NCBI GenBank assembly: GCA_020431405.1
Contig: JAGQIK010000362.1
Span: 9,858 to 73,857 of the forward strand
Length of the DNA stretch: 64,000 nucleotides
Source of the DNA: Myxococcales bacterium
GTDB taxonomy: Bacteria > Myxococcota_A > Polyangia > GCA-2747355
Direction: 5' to 3'
Shown: one piece after another, positions 57,512 through 64,000 of the stretch
How the letters are laid out: every line of letters begins with the position of its first letter
How positions within the stretch are numbered: the stretch's first letter is position 1
Notes under the pieces: generated by a model
What the model was told of the DNA's origin: nothing
Seen by the model: the letters and a program-made list of their open reading frames with translations, nothing else
Database searches by the model: none
Made by a program: the position numbers and the translations under genes

Positions 57512-58624
57512 ATGGAGCGTATCCACTCGGGATCGCCGCCCATCTACGGTGGAAGGGACGCAGCTTCCACGCTCGATGATCTGTGGAGCGATGAGTGGCG
57601 GCAAGCCGCGGTCATCGGCGACTCGAACACGGTTCGGTTTGCCGAGCCCTTGGTCGAGCGGCTGCAGCGGCGCTGCGCAGAGGTCGTGACGCTCAGCTTC
57701 GAGGCAGGCGAGGCCAGCAAGGTGAGGGCCACCAAGCGATACCTCGAAGATCAATTGCTCGCCCGAGCGTTCGAGCGCAGCTGCTGTTTGGTAGCGGTTG
57801 GCGGAGGCGTGACCACAGATCTGGTGGGCTTTGTCGCTGCGACCCTGCTTCGAGGCGTCGCGCACATCAATGTCGCCACGAGCCTTTTGGCGCAGATCGA
57901 CGCTGCGATCGGCGGCAAGTGCGGGGTCAACACGCCGCACGGCAAGAACTTGATCGGTGCGTTCCACTCGCCGGTGGCAGTGCTTCTCGATCTGGCGGCG
58001 CTCGATAGCCTGCCCGCAGCCGAGCTGAGCAACGGATGGGCCGAGGGCGTCAAGCATGCCGTACTCGGAGATAAGGAGCTGTTCGACGAGATCGAGCAGG
58101 CTGTGATCGAGCGACCCGATGGCGCGCTCCCGCTCGAGCCAACGCTCGGTCAGCTGTCGCGCATGGTCGCGATCAAGGCCGATATCGTGGCTCGAGACGA
58201 GCACGAGCGCGGGCGGCGCCAAGTGCTCAACTTCGGCCACACAGTAGCGCACGCTCTGGAGACAGCTTCGGGGCATCGCGTGGCGCACGGGCAAGCGGTT
58301 GCGATCGGTATGCTGGTGGAAGCGGAGCTCGCACGAGCGACCTACGGGTTCCCCGAAGAAGAGATCGCTCGGCTGCGGCGAGTGTTGGCACGGCTCGGTT
58401 TGCCCACGACGTCGCCGCTTTCGTTCTCGGCGCTGCGCCCGCACCTTCGGCACGACAAGAAGAACCGTGGTGGGCGAGTGCAGTGCGCGCTGCCGCTCAG
58501 GATCGGAACCATTGATCAACAGGCGGGCCGCTGGACAACACCGCTAGACGTGCGCGAGTTCGAACGCGCGTGGGGAGCAGTCGCCGAGGATGCTCTGCGT
58601 AACGGGCAACGAGTCGACGATTGA
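57512..58624 (+). CDS. aroB: 3-dehydroquinate synthase.
   Basis: …LVAVGGGVTTDLVGFVAA…, …NFGHTVAHALE… motifs. 371 aa. It is an internal ATG of the longer track ORF 56543..58624. Confidence 0.8.
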   Translation: MERIHSGSPPIYGGRDAASTLDDLWSDEWRQAAVIGDSNTVRFAEPLVERLQRRCAEVVTLSFEAGEASKVRATKRYLEDQLLARAFERSCCLVAVGGGVTTDLVGFVAATLLRGVAHINVATSLLAQIDAAIGGKCGVNTPHGKNLIGAFHSPVAVLLDLAALDSLPAAELSNGWAEGVKHAVLGDKELFDEIEQAVIERPDGALPLEPTLGQLSRMVAIKADIVARDEHERGRRQVLNFGHTVAHALETASGHRVAHGQAVAIGMLVEAELARATYGFPEEEIARLRRVLARLGLPTTSPLSFSALRPHLRHDKKNRGGRVQCALPLRIGTIDQQAGRWTTPLDVREFERAWGAVAEDALRNGQRVDD

Positions 58625-60047
58625 TGTGCTGGCGAGCCGGCTCGAGAGGGCTGGGTCGGAGGACGAGCTCGACGAGGTTCGCTTCGACGCGCTCGAGCCG
58701 ACCGATTGGCAGGCAGCTCTAGCGCTCGTTCGGCGCCACGCCTCGCGCGTCGTCGGGTGTTGTCGCGCGCGTGGCGACGGTGGGGCGTTCAGTGGTTCGC
58801 CGGCGCAGCGCGTGGCGTTGCTCGGTGAGCTCGCGGGCTGCGCCCCGGCAGCCGTCGATCTCGAAGATACGCTCGCCGACTCGGCCATCGCTGCGGTACG
58901 AGCCGCCATTCCCAGCGGCGCGGCGACGCGGCTGGTGCTGTCATGGCACGCTTGGGATCGGCTGCCGTCGGCGCAAGAGCTGCGGCGCCGGTGCGCGGCC
59001 ATGTCGAGGCGTGGGGCGGACGTGATCAAGATCGCCGTGCCCGTCGACGAGCCCTCAGAGCTCGCTTCGCTGCTCGACCTGGCGTGCTTCGAAGGCCTGC
59101 CGACGGTGCTGATCGGCATGGGCTCGGCGGGGATGCTATCGCGAGCTTGCTATCGTCGATTCGGCGCCCCCTGGACATATGTCGCCGCTGACGAGGGTCG
59201 CAGCACCGCGCCGGGGCAGTTTACCCGCGACCAGGCGCGAGCGTTGCGCTTGGCGGACGTCTCCGATAGACCTCTTTTGGTGTTGCTGGGCGGACCACAG
59301 GTTGCGGAGTCTCCAGGGCCGCGCGTGTACAACCGGCTCTTTCAGTCGCGCGGCTCGCGGCTGTGGTACCTGGCACAAGAGACCCGAGAGCTCGCTCCGA
59401 CGGTGGCGCTGCTGCGGCAGCTCGGCGCTCGGGGCGCGAGTGTGACGATGCCTCACAAGCGCGAAGCGCTGCGGCTTGCCGGCGAGGGCGCCGACGACTT
59501 GGCGCGTCGAGCCGCCGCGGCCAACACCTTGCGCTTCGAGAGCGACGGTGTCGCGCTGGCTGGTACCAACACCGACGTTGTCGGAGTGCGCCACCCGCTG
59601 CAGCGTGCGCTGTCGCAGGCGCGCGGGGCGGCGACCGCCGCCTTGATCCTTGGAGCTGGCGGAGCAGCGCGAGCAGCTGCGATCGCCTGCGAGCAGCTGG
59701 GCCTCGACGTAACGGTCGCCGCGCGCAGGCCCCAGGCTGCACGTTCGTTTGCTCGTGCCGTCCACTGGGACCGGCGCGCCGACGTACAGGGCGCTGTGCT
59801 GATCAATGCGACGCCGATCCGTGGAAGCGAGGTATCGCCCTGGCCCGACTCCGCCGTGCTCGATGACCGAGCGGTGGTGTTCGATCTCGCGCTGAGCGCG
59901 CAGCCATCGCTGCTGATCACGCGAGCACGCCTGGCCAACGCGATCGCGATAGACGCCGAGCAGATGTGGCTCGAACAAGGCGCGGCGCAGCTGCGCTTTT
60001 TGTGCGGACTGTCCGTCGACGCCGCGGACCTCGCGCAGCACCGATGA
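58590..60047 (+). CDS. aroDE: Bifunctional 3-dehydroquinate dehydratase (type I) / shikimate dehydrogenase.
   Basis: N-terminal type-I DHQase (…DVIKIAV… catalytic Lys). C-terminal AroE (…SVTMPHKREA…, GAGGAARA Rossmann). Confidence 0.7.
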   Translation: MLCVTGNESTIDVLASRLERAGSEDELDEVRFDALEPTDWQAALALVRRHASRVVGCCRARGDGGAFSGSPAQRVALLGELAGCAPAAVDLEDTLADSAIAAVRAAIPSGAATRLVLSWHAWDRLPSAQELRRRCAAMSRRGADVIKIAVPVDEPSELASLLDLACFEGLPTVLIGMGSAGMLSRACYRRFGAPWTYVAADEGRSTAPGQFTRDQARALRLADVSDRPLLVLLGGPQVAESPGPRVYNRLFQSRGSRLWYLAQETRELAPTVALLRQLGARGASVTMPHKREALRLAGEGADDLARRAAAANTLRFESDGVALAGTNTDVVGVRHPLQRALSQARGAATAALILGAGGAARAAAIACEQLGLDVTVAARRPQAARSFARAVHWDRRADVQGAVLINATPIRGSEVSPWPDSAVLDDRAVVFDLALSAQPSLLITRARLANAIAIDAEQMWLEQGAAQLRFLCGLSVDAADLAQHR

Positions 60048-61861
60048 CAGCAACGGACACCGACGCGAGCAAGGCGCGAGTGCGCTGTCCCGGCAGCAAG
60101 AGCATGACGCAGCGCGCGCTGATCATTGCCGCGCTCGGCAACAGACCGGCGCGCATCGAGGGGGCCCTGTGGTGTGACGATTCGCGCTACCTGAGCGAGC
60201 TGCTGCGGCGGTTGGGCGTTGGCGTCGTATGGAGCGGCGAGCGGGTCGACGTGCAGCCTTCGTCACGCCTTCAGGCAGACGGTGACGCGATCTTCTGCGG
60301 CAACGCAGGTACTACCGTGCGCTTTGCCAGCTGTCTGGCGTTGGTGTGCGGTGGTGTGCTTCACATCGATGGCGACGCGCGTATGCGGCAGCGTCCGATC
60401 GCCCCCCTGATCCATGCGCTCGAATCTCTCGGCGTACACGCACGATTCCATGGCGAGCCGCTGCATGTTCCCTTTGTGCTGCAAGGAATAGAAGGTCAGG
60501 CGACGGCGGCGGGCTGCAGCGTCGACCGGACGAGCTCGAGCCAGTTCGCCAGCGGTCTTCTGATGGTGGCGCCCCGACTTCGGGACGGACTTTGCCTCGA
60601 GCTTCGAGGTGCTCAGGTCTCGCAGCCCTATCTGCAGATGACCATCGAAATGATGATCCGCGCTGGCGCCCGAGTGGAAGCGTCCACCGACGGACGCGAG
60701 ATTCGCGTCGGTGGCAACACGCGCTATTCGGCGGACGTCTACCGTGTGGAGCCGGATTGGTCTGGCGCCGCGTTGCTGCAGGCGGCGGCCTGCGCGGCGG
60801 GCACCGAGATCGACATCGAGGGCTTGGTCTCACCTGACCGGTCGTTGCAGGGAGACGCCCAGTTCGCCCTCATGCTGCGCGAGCTGCGCGCTCCGCGACC
60901 ACATGACTTCGATCTGTCGGACGCCCCAGATCTGATCGCGCCGCTGGTGGTGGCTGCGTTGTTTAGCAGGCATCCGAGTCGCATCTTCAACGTCTCCCAC
61001 GCCCGGGTAAAAGAGAGTGACCGTATCTTCGTGCTTTGTCAGCAGCTGAGCCGACTCGGCCTCGAGATCGAAGAACGCGAAGATGGAATGATCGTGCACC
61101 CGCTGCGCGCAGACGCGGCGGCGCTGAGCCGAGCTGATCCCGTGGCTCTCGATCCACATGGCGACCATCGCATGGCGATGGCCTTCGGCGCGTTGTCGCT
61201 GCGCATCCCCATTATCAGCGTCATGGACCCGTCCTGCGTCAGCAAGTCCTTCCCGAGCTTCTGGGATGAGCTCGAGCGTCTGCGGCCTTTCGCTAAGGCT
61301 CTGTCGCTTGCCGCGGCAGACGCCCCGCGGGCCGCGACGGTGGTGCTCGTCGGGATGCGAGGTTCGGGTAAGAGCACTGTTGCACGCTTGGTCGCTCGCC
61401 GGCTGAAGCTACGTTGCGTCGATGCCGACGAGGAGTTGGCGAGCCTACACGGCTTCGACCACGCGGGTGAGCTGCTCGCCGAACGCGGCGAGCCCGAGTT
61501 CCGTCGCCTCGAGAGCGAGCTGCTCGCAGAGCTGATGGCGCAGGAGGGAATCGTGCTAGCCACCGGCGGCGGGGCCGTGCTCGACGCCGGCACGCGCGGC
61601 GCGCTGCGCGCTCACGCGACGGTTTGGCTCGACGCGCCCTTAGAAGCTCTGGCTGCGCGCATCGGTCGCGACGAGCGCCTTCGCCCTCGTTTGACCGACG
61701 CAGACACGCTGGCGGACGAGCTCGCAGAGCTGCAGGCGCGACGCGCGGCGCTATATGCTGAGGTAGCTTGGTTGAAGATCGACACCGCCGAACGTTCGCC
61801 CGACCAGGTCGCGGACGAAATCGCCGACGCGTTGACTGCCCGAACGTCTTCGCGACTTTGA
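60044..61861 (+). CDS. aroAK: Bifunctional 3-phosphoshikimate 1-carboxyvinyltransferase (EPSP synthase) / shikimate kinase.
   Basis: N-terminal VRCPGSKSMTQRALIIAAL (EPSPS). C-terminal P-loop VVLVGMRGSGKST (shikimate kinase). ATGA overlap with the upstream gene. Confidence 0.75.
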   Translation: MTATDTDASKARVRCPGSKSMTQRALIIAALGNRPARIEGALWCDDSRYLSELLRRLGVGVVWSGERVDVQPSSRLQADGDAIFCGNAGTTVRFASCLALVCGGVLHIDGDARMRQRPIAPLIHALESLGVHARFHGEPLHVPFVLQGIEGQATAAGCSVDRTSSSQFASGLLMVAPRLRDGLCLELRGAQVSQPYLQMTIEMMIRAGARVEASTDGREIRVGGNTRYSADVYRVEPDWSGAALLQAAACAAGTEIDIEGLVSPDRSLQGDAQFALMLRELRAPRPHDFDLSDAPDLIAPLVVAALFSRHPSRIFNVSHARVKESDRIFVLCQQLSRLGLEIEEREDGMIVHPLRADAAALSRADPVALDPHGDHRMAMAFGALSLRIPIISVMDPSCVSKSFPSFWDELERLRPFAKALSLAAADAPRAATVVLVGMRGSGKSTVARLVARRLKLRCVDADEELASLHGFDHAGELLAERGEPEFRRLESELLAELMAQEGIVLATGGGAVLDAGTRGALRAHATVWLDAPLEALAARIGRDERLRPRLTDADTLADELAELQARRAALYAEVAWLKIDTAERSPDQVADEIADALTARTSSRL

Positions 61862-61918
61862 CCAACGCTAGCAGGGGTTTGCTGCAAGCGTGCGATCGCC
61901 GATAATGGCGGGGACTCT

Positions 61919-63235
61919 ATGTCGTCGAATACTTTCGGAGACAACTTTCGCGTTACGACTTTTGGCGAGAGTCACGGCCCGGCTGTCGGTGTGGTAATTG
62001 ACGGAGTTCGCGCGGGCGTGCCCGTCGACGTCGAACACATCCAGCGCCAGCTCGACCGCCGACGTCCAGGGCAGAGCGCGCTGAGCAGCCCTCGCAACGA
62101 GGCGGATCGTGTCGAGGTGCTCTCGGGCGTCTTCGAGGGTCGAACCACCGGCGCGCCGATCGCGTTGCTCGTGCGAAACCAAGATCCGAAATCACGGCAC
62201 TACGAGCACCTCAAAGATCTATTTCGGCCCGGGCACGCGGACTTCACCTGGTGGCGCAAGTTCGGAGTCCGCGACTGGCGCGGAGGGGGCCGCACGTCCG
62301 GCCGCGAAACGGTGTCACGCGTGGCTGCGGGGGCGCTCGCGCAGCAGCTCCTGAGCGGTTTGGGCGTAGAAATCGTGGCCAGTGTGATCCAGGTCGGCGC
62401 CGTTCGCGCCAAGCGGCGCGACGAGGCCGAGATCGAGCACAACCCAGTGCGGTGTGCCGACGCGGAAGCAGCAGCAGAGATGGCGTCGGCGATCAACGCT
62501 GCCCGCAAAGCCGGCGACTCGCTCGGGGGTGTGGTCGAGGTCGTCGCCCGCGGAGTTCCCGCCGGTCTGGGTGACCCTGTCTTCGACAAGTTGGACGCCA
62601 GGTTGGGCGCTGCGCTGCTTTCCATCGGCGCGACCAAGGGTGTCGAGTTTGGCGATGGATTCGCGCTCGCCGCGACGTCCGGGTCGCAGTCAAACGACCC
62701 GCTGGTACCCGAGGGATTTGCGAGCAACCACATGGGAGGGATGCTCGGCGGAATCAGCAATGGCGAGCCGATCGTCGCGCGCGTTGCGGTCAAGCCGACG
62801 TCGTCGATTCGCCGCGAGCAGAACACCATCGACACGCGTGGTCGTCCCGCCAAGATGCGGGTACACGGCCGCCACGACCCCTGCATCTGCCCACGCATCG
62901 TTCCGGTGGTGGAAGCGATGGTGGCGCTGGTCTTGGTCGACGTTTGGCTGCGACAGCAGGCGCTGCTGCGCGCGGGCGACGCCGAGGAAGAACTCGAAAG
63001 CGACCCACTAGAGTTGGCTAACGAGCTGGCGTTTCGTGACGCCGAGGTCCTACGCGCCATCCATCGGCGCCAAGCGATGCAGGAGGCCGCCACCCGAGGA
63101 CGCGCCGACGGCCTGCCGGCGAAGGCCGAAGCGGCCGTCGCGGAAGCGAGGGCGGACTTGGGCCGCGAGCTCGGACTAGCACCTGCGTGGATCGAGCAGC
63201 TGTTCCGCTTGCTCGACGAAAAAGAGCGGACGTAG
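61919..63235 (+). CDS. aroC: Chorismate synthase with a C-terminal extension of about 80 aa.
   Basis: MSSNTFGDNFRVTTFGESHGPAVGVVIDG… signature. 438 aa, compared with about 360 typical. Confidence 0.85.
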   Translation: MSSNTFGDNFRVTTFGESHGPAVGVVIDGVRAGVPVDVEHIQRQLDRRRPGQSALSSPRNEADRVEVLSGVFEGRTTGAPIALLVRNQDPKSRHYEHLKDLFRPGHADFTWWRKFGVRDWRGGGRTSGRETVSRVAAGALAQQLLSGLGVEIVASVIQVGAVRAKRRDEAEIEHNPVRCADAEAAAEMASAINAARKAGDSLGGVVEVVARGVPAGLGDPVFDKLDARLGAALLSIGATKGVEFGDGFALAATSGSQSNDPLVPEGFASNHMGGMLGGISNGEPIVARVAVKPTSSIRREQNTIDTRGRPAKMRVHGRHDPCICPRIVPVVEAMVALVLVDVWLRQQALLRAGDAEEELESDPLELANELAFRDAEVLRAIHRRQAMQEAATRGRADGLPAKAEAAVAEARADLGRELGLAPAWIEQLFRLLDEKERT

Positions 63236-63244
63236 AGGAAACAC

Positions 63245-64000
63245 ATGATCATCGTACTCAAGCCGGGAACCACTGAAGAGCAGGCCGCGGCGATCCAGCG
63301 CCGGATCGAGGAGCTCGGCTGCAAGCCGCTGTGCATGCCTGGCACAGAGCGTGTGGTTCTCGGAGCGCTCGGTGACGAGCGCGTGTTGGCGCAGCTGCGG
63401 CTGGAGGGCCATCCACACGTCGAGAGCGTCAAGCCGATTCTCAGCCCCTACAAGCTGGTCTCGCGCGAGTTCCACTCGCATGACACCACGGTGGATATTG
63501 GCGGCGTGGTCGTCGGGGGCGAGCGCCTCGTGGTCATTGCAGGTCCCTGCTCCGTGGAGAGCTACGAACAGTTCGATGCGACCGCCCGGGCGGTGCGCGA
63601 GGCTGGTGGCCACGCCCTGCGCGGCGGCGCGTTCAAGCCCCGCACCAGCCCCTACTCGTTTCAGGGACTCGGACACGAGGGCTTGAAGATCCTGGAACGG
63701 GTCGGGGCCGAGACGGCGCTGCCAACTGTCACCGAGGTCGTGGAAGGCGCGGATGTCGCGGCGGTCGCCGAGCACGCCAACGTGCTCCAGATCGGCGCAC
63801 GCAACATGCAGAACTACCGACTGCTGCAAGCCGCCGGAGAGAGCGGCAAGCCGATCGTGCTCAAGCGTGGGTTCTCCGCCGAGCTCGAAGAGCTGCTCCT
63901 CGCTGCGGAGTACGTCCACGACCGCGGCAACCCCAACATCATTCTTTGCGAGCGTGGCATTCGCACGTTCTGCAGCGCGACGCGAAACACGCTCGACCTC
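63245..64000 (+). CDS. 3-deoxy-7-phosphoheptulonate (DAHP) synthase, type I-beta, with an N-terminal ACT/ferredoxin-like regulatory domain. It is 3'-truncated by the window edge.
   Basis: …GPCSVESYEQ…LRGGAFKPRTSPYSFQGLG…VLQIGARNMQN… Not in the track because there is no stop within the window. Confidence 0.75.
   Translation, partial: MIIVLKPGTTEEQAAAIQRRIEELGCKPLCMPGTERVVLGALGDERVLAQLRLEGHPHVESVKPILSPYKLVSREFHSHDTTVDIGGVVVGGERLVVIAGPCSVESYEQFDATARAVREAGGHALRGGAFKPRTSPYSFQGLGHEGLKILERVGAETALPTVTEVVEGADVAAVAEHANVLQIGARNMQNYRLLQAAGESGKPIVLKRGFSAELEELLLAAEYVHDRGNPNIILCERGIRTFCSATRNTLDL

Noticed and set aside
56543-58624. 693-aa track ORF as a single protein.
   Set aside because: The first about 320 codons lie in a different frame from the PBP-like gene, which has a signal peptide and an ATGA junction, and they are Arg-rich low-complexity sequence. 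aroB starts at the internal ATG at 57512.

Overview
This 64 kb window is high-GC (about 65-70% by eye, not computed) and gene-dense. Its content fits a myxobacterial-type (Myxococcota) chromosome: many lipoproteins, TPR proteins, FG-GAP and beta-propeller secreted proteins, OmpA proteins carrying thrombospondin type-3 repeats, and PEGA and PilZ domains. Housekeeping genes include truD, a BamD-like lipoprotein, transketolase, and a shikimate-pathway cluster at the 3' end (aroB, fused aroD-aroE, fused aroA-aroK, aroC, and a 3'-truncated DAHP synthase). Three candidate peptide/protein-modification loci stand out.

(1) Near 17.6-22.6 kb a lower-GC stretch holds three tandem cassettes, each consisting of an upstream element, a small ORF and a rho-independent terminator. 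The ORFs encode 41-49 aa Lys-rich peptides that were missed by the >=60 aa ORF track. All three share conserved N- and C-termini and differ in the middle. They converge on two translationally coupled sulfotransferase-family paralogues, and an M3-like zinc oligopeptidase is transcribed divergently from the sulfotransferases.

(2) At 27.1-33.5 kb a minus-strand operon encodes a B12-binding radical SAM enzyme, then a PatD-like fused E1-like/YcaO cyclodehydratase, then a second B12-binding radical SAM enzyme. No recognisable precursor peptide ORF lies next to it. It is followed co-directionally by Cys-rich lipoproteins and a TonB-dependent receptor.

(3) At 39.2-49.9 kb a paralogue of the E1-like leader-binding domain sits beside an FAD-linked oxidase and a HlyD / M16 peptidase / M50 peptidase-HlyD fusion operon.

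No tRNA, rRNA, CRISPR array, transposase or integrase was recognised. Start codons are approximate throughout; many are GTG or TTG. Several long antisense ORFs in the track are GC-rich shadow ORFs and were rejected.
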